DNA from: the human T2T-CHM13v2.0 reference genome, Homo sapiens
NCBI RefSeq assembly: GCF_009914755.1
Contig: NC_060931.1
Direction: 5' to 3' (one strand)
DNA: 64,000 bases
Under the pieces are notes generated by a model. It was not told the origin of the DNA. It saw nothing but the letters and a program-made list of their open reading frames with translations, and ran no database searches. This document shows, piece by piece, positions 1 to 16,007 of the stretch. Position numbers and translations under genes: made by a program. Positions within the stretch are counted from its first letter, which is position 1; every line of letters starts with the position of its first letter.

Positions 1-74
1 ATAGCAACACCCAATTGGGGATAGTTTAAACTTATCTTCCTAGGGGCGGGGGCTACTCAAATAAATGTAGAGTG

Positions 75-1184
75 CAGTAAGTCCTCAATTAATGTCCTCA
101 ATAGGTTCTTGGAAACTGCGGCTTTAAGTGAAACAATATATAACAAAATCAATTTTACCACAGGCTAATTGATATAAACAAGAGTTCAATTCCCTCGGCA
201 TGCCTCTGGTCACAAAAACATCACCAAACTTCTAGACCAAAAACGCTTCTAGTATTAAACATTGAAATAAGTGTGCATTTTAAATATAGTCAAGAAAGAT
301 TAGGCCTGGCATGGTGGCTCACACCTGTAATCACAGCACTTTGGAAGGCTGAAGCAGGTGGATCACTTGAATCCGGGAATCCGAGACCAGCCTGGGTAGC
401 ATAGGGGGACCTTGTCTCTACCAAAAATACAAAAATTGGCCCATCTCATAATCTGGTCTCAAAATAAATAAATAAATAAATAAATAAATAGATAGATAAA
501 AATGTAAAAATAATGGATTAATAGAAACAATTAAGATAATTATTTATCCAATTTTTGGTGAATCAGTGAGTGACATAGTCACTCACTGATTAGTGAGTCA
601 TAGTGGTGATAGATTAAATTCAGGAATAAACGTTTGCAAAGTGAGAATTGTAAGGTACTCTTCCTGCCACCATGCAGTTCAACAACACTCACAAATGTGC
701 CAGTCCCACTGAACTCTTGCATATCATATCATTTATTGTCGTGCATTTGTGTGATTATCGTATACTTTACAAAATTTTATTTGACAATAATTTGTATTTA
801 TTTATTTATTTCCTTACTCGCCAACCGACTCATTCCAGTTCAGGGTTGCAGGTGGCTAGAGCCTATCCTAACATCTCAGGGCACAAGGTCAAGAACCAGC
901 CTTGGCCAGGTCACCATATTCCATCACAGAGTACACCCCTACACACACCCATATTCATGCAGACTTGGAGAACGTAGATATGCCAGTTCACCTAACTCAC
1001 ACATCCTTGGGACATGGGAGAAAATCATCCAAGTACCTGAAGAAAACCCAGACAGGCAAGGGGAAAATGTACAAACTCCACACAGACAATAGCTCCAGCC
1101 AGGAATCAGTTTGTTTGTTTGTTTTCTTATCACCGCTATAATAAAACAACATTGAACAAAATGACATTATCCAAAGACCCACTG
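75..1184 (-). mobile_element. MER6 non-autonomous TcMar-Tigger DNA transposon, interrupted by an Alu fragment
   Basis: Left end CAGTAAGTCCTCA...ATAGGTTCTTGGAAACTGCG and right end (revcomp CAGTGGGTCTTTGGATAATGTC...TGTGTGGAGTTTG) match the recalled MER6 consensus. Confidence 0.8.
303..490 (+). mobile_element. Alu left monomer / internally deleted AluJ with (TAAA)n tail
   Basis: GGCCTGGCATGGTGGCTCACACCTGTAAT start; right arm almost absent. Confidence 0.85.
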
Positions 1185-2049
1185 TGTATCACTTCTGAGT
1201 AGTAAGGGAAACATGTATGGTCAACCAGGCATCAGTTCTCTTTCTGTGCCGCTCTTCAAAAACATCCGTGGTAAATGCCCCACTGTTAATAGGCAGCTAG
1301 ACATGCAAATAGGTTGCTGTCACACAGCGTGGTAAAGGGGGTACCCACAAGGGGTTCAACCGGATACCAAGAAGAGGCACCTCATCTATCCCTGTGAAGA
1401 CAGGATGCAGAAGGACCAGGGAGCGCTTTCAGAGGAGGTGATAGCAAATCTGAGTCATGAAAGAGTAGATATTCTGTCTCTTGCGCCACTTTTAAAATTT
1501 TCACCCAATATGACCTTTCCCTTCTGTGATGGATAATTTCATGTGTCAACTTGATTAAGCTTATGGTGCTCAGATGTTTGGTGGAATACCAGTCTAGATG
1601 TTGCTGTGAAGGGTTTTTTTAGATGTGATTAACCCTCAACCCACCCATGGGTGGTTATTCACAATAAAGAGTTAAAAAGCAGAATCCAATGGAGGGGTAT
1701 TTTAACCCTATCTTCCACAAGGGTGGGGGCACTCCAATAAATGTAAATATAGATTACAGTGCATCCTCTTGGTAAACTCTGAATAAAGCTGATAATTGTC
1801 GATAATGTGATGGGCTTCGTCCAATCAATTGAAGGCCTTACAGGCAAAGAACGGAGGTTCCCTGAAGTAGAAGGGATTCTGTCCCAAGGCTGCAACATGG
1901 AAGCCCTGCCCGAGTTTCCTGCCTGCTGCCCTGTGGAATTCAGCCTCAACTCTGCCACATCAACTCTCACCCAGGTCTTCAGCCTGCTGACCTATCCTGT
2001 AGATTCTAGACTTGCCATCCCCACGATCACATAAGCTAATGTCTTAAAA

Positions 2050-3460
<1,411 letters not shown>

Positions 3461-3504
3461 TCCTATTCGTTCTGCTCCTCTGACGAGCCCTCATTACCCA
3501 CACA

Positions 3505-3935
3505 ATTGGTGGGTTTAACTGCTTGGTGAGTGACTGTCCAATGACCAAAACCAAGGAGAATTTCACAAGGGGATTTTATAATGTTACGTGCACCATGTAA
3601 GGAGAACACTGGGGATAGTTCCCAAAGCTCCCCTAACAAAGGTGAACACAGGGCTTTTATTGGGATGGTTAGCTGAGTCACTGAGTGTCCGGGTGGAGTG
3701 AGAGCAGTGCAGACACAGTCGCAATCATGCTTCTACATACATTGTACCTATGGAAAATGGTGAGTAAGTTCCCCCAACCTCGGCGGGGTTTTCAGGACGA
3801 CCATGAAGAGTGTTTCCCAAAGCTCATCTCCAACTCAGGCATCTCTGGATCCAACCAGTTTTTGTTTTTTTCTGGAGCTGAACTTCTTCCTGCAACTTTT
3901 TGAAACAAGAAATCAAGGTGCAGCTTTTTCACAGT
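3505..3935. mobile_element. Possible old ERV1-type LTR fragment, family unassigned
   Basis: General resemblance only. Confidence 0.3.
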
Positions 3936-4763
3936 GTGGACCAGAAAACCCAGGAACTCTGAGTACGCCCAATGCACCTCCTAAATCACAAATCTCTAGG
4001 GGGAGGGAGTTCTGATAGAGCTAATTCAGGACCAGTGACAGCAGCAACCACTCCATGAGGCCTGGGCAGGGGGCGAGTGTGAATCTAAAAGTCAGTCCTT
4101 CCATGGGGTGGCTGCACCACCACCACCAAAAAAACGGAGCGACTTCCCTGGCAGCTTAGACATTCCTCTCCTGAAAGAGCAAGAAATCCCTGGGGCCAGT
4201 CCCTTGTGGGGATGCAGAGATGTACTGCTAAGTGCCAGCACCCAGGGAAGGTGCTCAGAGGAAGGTCCTCTGGGATCTCTATTCTCTTATTCAAGGGACT
4301 GGGAATGCCACCAGGACTTGGAATGACAGTAGGCAAGAGACTCAGGGACAGGGCAAGGGTGGCGGAGAGAAGGAAGAGAATTTACAAAGGCTACAAGTGG
4401 AGCAAGAAAAAAAATCCACTGCCAACAGGTGGGTCTCTGAATTCTCATGCATTCCCTCTGCTGTCCTCTGCCCCCCCAAAATGGAATCTGAAATTCATGG
4501 TTCTAAAATTCTATAGGTGATTCTCTCCATTCCTCATCATACTCCACAGACTGGATGCTTGTTTGATGAGGGTTTACCTACACCGATTGATGTTCCTGGT
4601 CTCAGGAGCTTGGTTCTCAAAAAGGAGCTGAGACAAACAGCTCCAGAACCCCAGAAGCAGCCCCCAGGACACTTGGGAGTTGACTCAAACTTGCAGGAAA
4701 TACAGCAATAAAGTGAAGGCAAGAACTGGTCTCAAAAGGAGCTCATAGAACACAGAGATGCAG

Positions 4764-5058
4764 ACAGGGCGCAGTGGTTCTTAGGCCTGTAATCCCAGAG
4801 CTTTGGGAGACGAGGTGGGAAGATTGCTTAAGTTCAGGAGTTTGAGGCCAGCCTGGACAACATAGCAAGACCCCGTTTCTTTTTTTTTTTTTAAGTTAAA
4901 AATTAGCTGAGTGTGGTGGCACATGCTTGCAGTCCCAGCTACTCAGGAGGTTGAGGTGGAAGGATCACTTGAGCTTGGAAGTTGGAGGCTGCAGTGAGCT
5001 CTCATGGCACCACTGCACTCCAGCCTGGGCATCAGAGCAAGACCCTGTCTCTATAAAT
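4764..5058 (+). mobile_element. AluJ with a T-tract in its linker
   Basis: Dimer; GAGGCTGCAGTGAGC and GACCCTGTCTC J-type features. Confidence 0.9.
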
Positions 5059-5294
5059 ACATGAATAGGTATATAAATATATAAATAAAGAAATGAATGA
5101 AGATGAGCGATTGGGGTGGATGGAGAAGTAAGGAAAGTCTTCCTTAGTCATGCTTTGAAGAAAGGCTCCAATTTGGTAGCTGAGCACTGTGATAAAGGAT
5201 ACGTCTTATTGAAACAAAGTATGTGGGGGAAGGACAGGAGCAGCGAGGAGACCCACCTGTGCTAGACTGTGCAACTCAGGTGTGGAAGTTGACG

Positions 5295-5607
5295 GGAAGA
5301 AAGGAAAGAAGGAAGGAAAGAAGAAAGGAAGGGAGGGAGGGAGGAAGGAAGGAAGGGAAAGAAAGAGAAGGAAGGAAGGAAAGAAAGAGAGAGAGAAAGA
5401 TGAAAGAAAGAAAAAGAGAGAGAGAAAAAGAAGAAAGAAAGAAAAAGAAAGAAGAAAGAAAGAAGAAAGAAAGAATGAAAGAAAGAAAGAAAAGAAAAGA
5501 GAGGAGGGAGAGAAAAGGAAGGAAGGAATGAGGGAAGGAAGGGAGGGAGGGAAGGAGGGAGGGAAGGTAGCGGAGGGAGGGAGGGAAAGAAAGAACAACA
5601 AAGAAAG
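5295..5607. repeat. Polypurine (GAAA/GGAA/GGGA) low-complexity tract
   Basis: About 310 bp, almost only A and G. Confidence 0.97.
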
Positions 5608-7050
5608 GCAAGTGAGGCTGTACCTGGGCTTTTGGCTTATCTATGAGCCCCACCCTAAAAGTGCAAGACACTCTCTACAGCTCTACAGGCAGCATTCATT
5701 CTGAAATTCTCCCTGACTCTCTCCTCACACCTGATTCTGGTTCTCTCAGAGCCAACCCTGCTCACTGTCCCAGGCTCCAGCCTCACCGTGACACTTGGTA
5801 TGGTTGGCCCACCCCCAAGTCTCAGCTGTTCTTAATAAAAATCCTGGTTTGTCACACCGTTAATTGGCCTCCATCTGCCTTGGAAAAGCCCCCTCTGATT
5901 TGATTTGGCTCCTCGAACAGGCTCCCCTCAGTTCCCCATGAGCAATGAGCAGGCCTCCAGGTCACAACACCCCTTGCTGCTGTCACCTGCTTCTCCACTC
6001 GACATTTTTCCCTGAGTCCCTATCATCAACAGTTGTCATTGCAGCTCCCATTTTAAATGCTCATTATTTGCCATTTTTAATAGAGATACAAATCCAGATT
6101 ATAAAAAGCACTTGTAAAAATAGAACATCTTTGCTTATAGAATAAAGCAGTTCGTGTGCACACGCACCCACACAAACACACGAAACCAACCGTTTGTGAA
6201 ATGCCTGTTTGCAAAATAAAGCCGCATTCTCAAAGCTGTGAATCACACTGTCCCCAGAAAACGGTGCCACTTGGCTGTGACCACAGGACAGGGTCAGTGA
6301 ATCAGTCTGCTACAAGCCAACTGAGGAATTGCAGCCTTGTAGGATGCATTCAATGGTCATTTCTACCTGTCACTAATTTCCCTTTCTGGATGAGCAACAG
6401 CTCTATTAATCAGGAAAGACCTTGATGGATGCAGCTTTCCTATCTCCAGATTCAGGTGCACTGTGGGTAGCTTGCAGAGCATGACAAGGGCACCAGGCCG
6501 GCCAGACTGCTCGCCACTGCCTGCATGGGTCAGTGAATCTGATTACAGTGCTGCTTGGTCCAAAGTGTCTCGCTCTGTTTTTTTTATTTATTTTTTTTCC
6601 CCTCTCCCTAAAGAGTGGTGTGATTACTTTATGCCAACCCACTCAAGGATAATTCATACTGTCAGGAAACCCTTGTGTTTGCCCATTATCCGACAGTTTT
6701 GGGCTCACCTCATATTCCAGAGTGGCATGATATAATGTAACACATTTTGAAATACTGTAAGGCAATAACCAAAATAACACAGTTTGACATCTTGAATCTC
6801 AGAGGAGGTAGGCACACTCTGGCTACACCGTATTTCCACTTCCCCAGTATCTGCTACTGATAGAATTTGACTTTTTACAGCATTATGTGTTTTTAAATGT
6901 AATTAGAAAAGTGAGGTGTTAGCATAAAAGAAAATTCTCAGGCTTGAGAAGAACAGTCAGTGGCATATCCATCCTCAAATTGAGACCCTCCAGTGGGACT
7001 CCATGAGCCCACGCATATGACACACTGTAGATTTTAAAGAATCAGTGCAC

Positions 7051-7347
<297 letters not shown>

Positions 7348-7853
7348 TCAGTGCACACCTCATACCCCATATCATATGATGAGACACTGCCGACTCATTT
7401 ACAGGAGCCTCAAAGCCCTTTGTACATCAAACCCATCCAACTGAACCACAGCTATTCACTGTGCACCTACTACGTGCAAGGCTTTAAAAGGAAATAGTTG
7501 GTAGGTGGATTGGAAATCAGGAGGGTCATGATGAGGTGCACCTGTCAGCTTAGGGTAAACATGGAAAATTTTCCGGAAAGTTTTCAGACCTGCTTGCCCA
7601 GTTGATCTGAGGGTTCTTTACGTGAGCCAAAAGGAAAGGTTTGGGCCAAGCAGAGAGTCTTGTGATGCTGTCTCAGCGTCAGCATCGCGAAGTTCCGAAA
7701 AGCCAAGAAAATTCACGACCCCAGCACTAAGGTCCAGACTTGGCACAGAGTCCATTCTAAAGAAAACAAACAAATTCTTGCAAACAAAGAAACTCCTCAC
7801 AGTCCTTCCTCCTCCTCAAATTATTACCCAATCCATCTTTTCTTTCACTGTAA

Positions 7854-8377
<524 letters not shown>

Positions 8378-8501
8378 GTATGATGTCACATCTCTTGAAA
8401 ACCTTTCACCATTCTCAATTGACTGAGGAATTGTTTAGCATGACATTCAGAACTCTGAGATTCTTGCTACATTCTATATTTTCTGGTCTTATGTCCAGGG
8501 A

Positions 8502-8812
8502 ACAGTCCCCAACCTTTTTGGCACCAGGGACAGGTTTTACAGAAGACAATTTTTCCACAAGAGGGGGTGGCAAGGGGACATGGTTTCAGGATGAAACTGT
8601 TCCACCTCAGATCATCAGGCATTAGATTTTCATAAGGAGAACACAACCTAGATCCGTTGTATGCACAGTTCACAATAAGTTTCATGCTCCTATGAGAATC
8701 TAATGCCGCTGCTGATCTGGCAGGAGGTAGAGCTCAGGTGAGAATACACACCTGCCCATGGCTCACCTATCTGGTTCCTGACAGGCCACAGACTGGTACC
8801 TGTGCCAAGGGA
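8502..8812 (+). mobile_element. MER1B-like hAT-Charlie DNA transposon
   Basis: GTCCCCAACCTTTTTGGCACCAGGGAC...GATGAAACTGTTCCACCTCAGATCATCAGGCATTAG. Confidence 0.85.
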
Positions 8813-9134
8813 TGCTAGAAATTACCTCACTCCAATTCTACAGGAAACGTTATCATCCCCAATCATACTTATGCTGCCAATCTTTGTCTTGCCATCCCTT
8901 CAATCTAGAATTCTTTGCAGCCCCTTTCCTGTCTACAAGACCCCAACTTATTTCCAAGCCCATTGTAAATGTCATCTTCCCATGAATTCAGTAAAAGCTA
9001 AGCAGTTTTATCGAAACTTTAAATCAATTGTTGGATTTATTTTATGTTTCATAACACATAAGCAACTAAATTGTCTCTTCACTGAGCACTTACTATGTGC
9101 TAGCCTTTGTATATTCAGCCTTGACACACACTCT

Positions 9135-9542
9135 ATGTTTTAGGCTGTTCTTGCGTTGTTATAAAGAAATTCCTGAGACTGGGCAGTTTATGAATAAAGA
9201 GGTTTAATTGGCTCTTGGTTCTGCAGGCTGTACAGCAAGCATGACACTGGCATCTGCTCAGCTTCTGGGGAGGTGTCTGAGAGCTTTTATTCATGGTGGA
9301 AAGGGAGGTGGGAGCAGACACATCACAGGGCAAAGGCAGGAGCAAGAGAAAGAGTTGCTGGGAGAAGTGTCACACATTGTTAAACGACCAGATCTTGCGA
9401 GAACTCACTCGGACAAGGACAGCACCAAGGAGATGGTGCTAAACCATTCATGAGAAATCCACTTCCATAATCCAATCATCTCCCACCAAGCTCCACTTCC
9501 AACACTGGGAATTGGGCAGGGACAAATATCCAAGCTGTGTCA
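9135..9542 (-). mobile_element. MSTA/MSTB (MaLR) solo LTR
   Basis: AAGAAATTCCTGAGACTGGG...GAGGTTTAATTGGCTC...CCAATCATCTCCCACC. Confidence 0.88.
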
Positions 9543-9554
9543 CCCTGCAACATA

Positions 9555-9690
9555 GATACTGCTATTATCCCTACTTTTACAGAGCAAGAAACCAAATTGA
9601 ATTAAAAGGTCTTAGACTTTCCCCAGGTCACACAGCAAACAGGAAAGCTAGGAATCTAACCCAGATCGACGGACACCAGAGCCTGTTTTT
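9555..9690 (-). mobile_element. MIR fragment
   Basis: TATTATCCCTACTTTTACAGA...CCCAGGTCACACAGC core. Confidence 0.65.
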
Positions 9691-10374
9691 ATTTAACACA
9701 CTATTTGGTACACCCTCAAAAGAAAGAGGTCTCGTTTAATTTATCTTTAATGCTCCATATCTAGGCTGCAGTCCGTGATCAATAAATGTCTGTTGATAGA
9801 AGGAGAGAGAGTAGAATATCATCAGACTTTCCCAAGGTTCACCAGGGAAACCAGGAGACTCCTTTGTAATTTGGCTGAAGTAACTATTCAGTGAACATTG
9901 AATCAACTGTGAATTGAATTGAGTTACCCCAAGTAATAGAGCTAGATATGTCTCACGAATTGAAGACAGAGAACTCCCTTCTATATGAGTTTGCAACTTA
10001 TCACTGTCAGAAAGACTGGGCAGGGAGAGCTGGGCTCAAGCCAGCATACACAAAAGAGTCTAAAAAATAATCAATTGAATTCAAATCGCCATACATCATG
10101 GATGTTTAGACCCAGGGAGGACCTGGGAGACCATCTGCTTCTCTTCTTTCATTTCACAGAAGAAGAAAATAAGGGCTAGTAGAGAATGTGGCCCCAGCAA
10201 AATCATCCAGGTTGGTGGAACCACATCCCTTGCTGCCAGAATGCCTGCCTACATTATTTTCTTTCTTTCTACATATTTTTCATTATTATTGCCTTGGATG
10301 CCTATTTAGAATTTTTACTTATTATTTAATTAATGAATATACTGGGTTTTTTGTTGTTGTTATTATTTCTGGGG

Positions 10375-10658
10375 GCCTTTTTGGGGCAGGGTCTCACTCT
10401 GTTACCCAGACTGTAGTGCAGCAGCACAATTGAGGCTCACTACAGCCTCAGCTGCATAGGCTCAAGAGGTCCCCCAACCTCAGCCTCCCAAATAGCTGTG
10501 ACCACAGACGTGTGTCACCACTCCCAGCTTATCTCTTTATTATTTGAGGAGATCAGGTCTCCCTATGTTGCCCAGGCATGTCTCAAATTCCTGGGCTCAA
10601 GCAATTCTCCTGTCTCTGCCTCCCAGACTGCTGGGATTACAGTCATGAGCCACCGCGC
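10375..10658 (-). mobile_element. AluJ
   Basis: Diverged antisense dimer. Confidence 0.9.
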
Positions 10659-12076
10659 CTTTACTGTTTTACTTTAAAGGATTGTCGCTTAAATGTTTTG
10701 TTTCCATTTTTGACCCCTATAAAAGGGTAATTTATAACATCAGCCAGCAAATAAAAGCCATATGTCTATGAAACTTCCACTTTTAGATATGGAATGTGAC
10801 CTTTCTAGCCATCAGTCCAGCAAACGATTTTACAGGCCCTCATGGTTGAGATAAATGAGACCAAGTCAAACCAAAGGGGGACAAGGCAGGGGTCAGAAGG
10901 CAGGAGAACGGTGTTAAAATACTTAGGAGTTGCAATGCGCTCAACTGCAATACACATAAAACACCACTCAAATAATAAAGGGAATGCACGCCAGCTCATG
11001 CCACTGAAAAGTCCACAGGAAAGGTTGGCATCAGGTAAGGCTTGTTCTGGTCACACATACAGTACATTCATGACTCGATTTCACCTGCTTTGCAACTGAG
11101 GTTGCCGAGGTGAAAAAAAATCATAGTTTTCCATCCTCAAGGAGCTCCCTGCCTATTGAGGGAGACAAATAGATTATAGCCATCTCCTAAAAACAGTCAT
11201 CTGAGTATGCTGAATCCACTTCCTCACCACCTATTCAGCCTTGAGCCCACTGTGAGTACACACTGAGAGATAGGCAGGCCACTTGAGAACAGAGCAAGGG
11301 GTACTTCCCCAGCCTAGGCAACCACTCAAACTCCTCCTCAGAGTGGCCAGGAGGTACTCTGCATCCTTAAAGAACTCAATAAAATTAGTCTGGGAAGAAA
11401 CATAAGCACAGGGACAAAAAATAATTATGGGTCACAGTAGGAAATTATGGACTATTAAGTGGTAGCAGGGAGCAATTCAGAAAGAGAAAGGGAAGAGAAG
11501 AAGAAGCAGGTGGACCCAGATCACAGAAAGCCTTTCATATAGGGTGGAGAGATGCCATATACAGGAAGCATTGCCCTTTAAGGACTCCCAACAAAGGTAG
11601 ATTTGGGGGTTCTTGGCATAGAGGACTGGCCAGCCTGAGCAACAGAATAAGGCCCTTTTAAAAAACAAAAAACAAAAAACACGTCCATGATGGGGACAAC
11701 AGTGCAACAGTGGGGAGACAGAGACCTTCCAATAATGGGCTAAAAAGTGAATACCGTAAGAGTTGGAGAAGTGGAGCCAGGATACCCAGAAACTCCTTCC
11801 AGAAGTTTGATCATAGAAACAGGTGAAAGACTGGACAGAAACTAGAAATGAATATTGCAATGTAAAGGGGACAGTCAGTCCTCTTCCTGGCCCGAATTAA
11901 GTGAAGTAAGTACTGGAAGAATAAGTCGGAGATTTTTTTGTAGGCCCAGAATTCTGGGAAAACCTTTTTCACATGCCCGAGTAAGGGTTGCTGCTGTACA
12001 AGCTATTGATCTATTAGGTCCACGGGTTCTGGCCACGTGCAGTGAACCCTATGACCACAGTGTGCTTACTATATCA

Positions 12077-12375
<299 letters not shown>

Positions 12376-12493
12376 GCTTAAGAACTTCAAAGATGTATTC
12401 TTACATTAGCTGAAGAACCAGCAGAATTCTCTACCTGGGGTCCATCAGAAAATTGCCCTAAAGCACCCACTGTACCAAATTAGATCCTCTTCT

Positions 12494-12800
12494 TTTTATG
12501 TTTTGTTTGTTTTGTTTTGCTTTGTTTTGTTTTGTTTTGTTTGAGACAGGGTCTCACTCTATTGCCCAGGCTTTCACTGCAGCCTTGACCTCCTGCCTCA
12601 GCCTCTCAAGTAGCTAGGACTACAGGTGCACACCACCATGCCTGGCTAAGTTTTTCTTTTTTTTTTTTTTTTTTTTTTTAAGTAAAGACAGGGACTCGGT
12701 ATGTTACCAGGCTGGTCTTGAACTCCTGGGCTCAAGTGATCCTCCTGCCCCAGCCTCCCAGAGTGTTGGAATTACAGGTGTGAGCCACCGCACCCCACCC
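12494..12800 (-). mobile_element. AluJ with internal deletions and (TTTTG)n tail
   Basis: Antisense dimer. Confidence 0.88.
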
Positions 12801-13183
12801 CACCTAAATTCTCTTCTGGTCCATTCCAAAAGGTTTTAGTTATGTTCTATTCCTATGAGAATAGAGAAAAATAGTTACTCAAGTCCGTTTCTGGGTTCTG
12901 TGGCTGAGATGAGGAACCTGGCTGGGGATAATTACGTGACAGCTTACTATTTATTTTATTGCATTCTGACTTTTTTAAAAGAAAAAAAAAAAGCTGGTCG
13001 TTTGGCAAGTAAACATAGCTTAGTCCAAATATTTAATTTAGCAAAATAAGCATCATGCCAGTGTAGATGTATGTGGGACTGCATGAATGCTACTACTCTC
13101 TTCAATGGTAGGAATTTATGCAGATGTTTTATCTGAAATGCGCAAATGAGACTCTTTCAGGTTTACAGAAAATGCAATGTGGG

Positions 13184-13561
<378 letters not shown>

Positions 13562-14129
13562 TTATTGACCCCTAATGGAATCTTCTCTCCTGTCCTCTGC
13601 TCTTTGTCTGTCAGAAGAGTGTTTTCTGATTATTTTCCATTAAATGCGTCATTTGCATTCACTCTCAGGAGAGCACTTTTGAAGCATCCTCATTCTTTTA
13701 CGCAATCACTTAGCATGGTGCTCTGTGAAATCTGTGGTTTGAAAACCTTCGTGTTGCCCCTAATCACATGCTTTTCAGTTCTCCTCTCCCCTTGCTTGAA
13801 TTCCTAGGACGTGTGCACCTGATAATCAAGACTTATTCATTGGAAGCCTTCATTGCATTTGATGTGGATAATACAAATTTTACTCGCGAAATGCTACTCA
13901 GGGTCTCACTTTTGAATGAAGACGTTGATTTACTTACATTTTCAGAACACACACAATAGGCGGAGAATTAAAATAATGGACAACAACTAATAGAAAACAG
14001 GTGTGACTCCAAAACTTAAATTGTGCATTCCCCGGTCTTGGAGAAGCGCTGGGAGAAGGATGTTTACCATACAATAACAGAGACAGCAAAAAATAAAATG
14101 AAATAAACAATACATTCACATTGAATGAG

Positions 14130-14807
<678 letters not shown>

Positions 14808-14874
14808 TTAATCTGCTGGCCTGCAATCCACAGGACAACTTGAAAGTGAAAAGGACTGTGTGTGGTTATTTCTT

Positions 14875-15169
14875 CTTTTCTTTTGTTTTGGTTTTTGTCT
14901 TTTAGAAACAGGATGTCGACGTGTCACCCACGCTGGACTGCAATGGCACAATCATAGCTCACTGCAGCCTTGAACTTCTGGGCTCAAACCATCCTTCTGC
15001 CTCAAACTCCCTAGTAGTAGCTGGGACTAAAGGCCTGTACCACCACTCCTGACTTTTTTTTTTTCTGTAAATATGAGGTCTTGCTATGTTGTCCAGACTG
15101 GCCTGGAAGTCCTGGGCTCAAGGGATCCTCCTGCCTCAACCTCCCAAAGTGTTGAGATTATAGGCATGG
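14875..15169 (-). mobile_element. AluJ
   Basis: Antisense dimer. Confidence 0.9.
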
Positions 15170-15395
15170 TCTGCATGGTTATTTCTGGAATCCTGTGCCT
15201 ACTCATGCTGTAACACTGAATTCGCTCCACTGGCCAGCTTTGGCTGAATGGCATCGTGTTTAAAGCACCTCTTTTCCTCCTATTCTAAGCTCTGAATTAC
15301 ACTCTGCCAAATTAGCCTGACTCCATACCCAGGGCATTTCAGAAAGATGGATCCATGTCACTTACGGGAACTAAGAAGGGACCAAAAAACTGTTA

Positions 15396-15718
15396 TTTTT
15401 CTTTTCTTTTTTTTTTTTAAGACAGAGTCTCACTCTGTTGCCCAGGCTGGAGTGCAATGGTGCTACCTAGGCTCACTGCAACCTCCACCTCCTGGGTTCA
15501 AGTGATTCTCCTGCCTCAGACTCCCGAGTAGCTGGGATTACAGGCGTGTACCACCACACCAGGCTAATGTGTGTGTGTGGGTGTGTGTGTGTGTGTTTAG
15601 TAGAGAGAGGGATTCTCCATGTTGGCCAGGCTGGTCTTGAACTCCTGACCTAAGGTGATCCACCCACCGCAGCCTCCCAAACTGCTGGGATTACAGGTGT
15701 GAGCCACCACACCTGGCC
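15396..15718 (-). mobile_element. AluSx with (TG)n microsatellite in its linker (about 15568-15596)
   Basis: Antisense dimer; TG run replaces TTTTGTATTTT. Confidence 0.93.
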
Positions 15719-16007
15719 AATAAACCAGAAAGGATTCATTCCGTAAGCTGGGGATTGAATTCAGGACACTATTGTGAAGGAGTAGAGCTTTAGCAACTGA
15801 GCTAATGCACAGAGTCATTTTTCTTTTGGGCACTGACCACCTGGAAAATCCAGGTAGGGAAGAGAAGAGAAGAACTGGAAAGCCTTTGTGACAGAAAAAA
15901 AAAAAATACAGGCCTTATAATACAAGGATGATCAAGAAAGACACCTATAGACCCTATTCACATCTTCCATTCAAGATAGCTTCCTTCTTCCTTTAAAATG
16001 TCTTGGG

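Noticed and set aside
4605-4745. Short imperfect direct repeat TGGT(T)CTCAAAA(A)GGAGCT
   Set aside because: No identifiable element lies between the copies, and it is too short to interpret.
5206-5704. K/E/R-rich and F/S/L-rich ORFs
   Set aside because: Artefacts of the polypurine tract.
13002-13015. Adjacent NFI half-site and forkhead motif TTGGCAAGTAAACA
   Set aside because: A single short motif pair is expected by chance in 64 kb.
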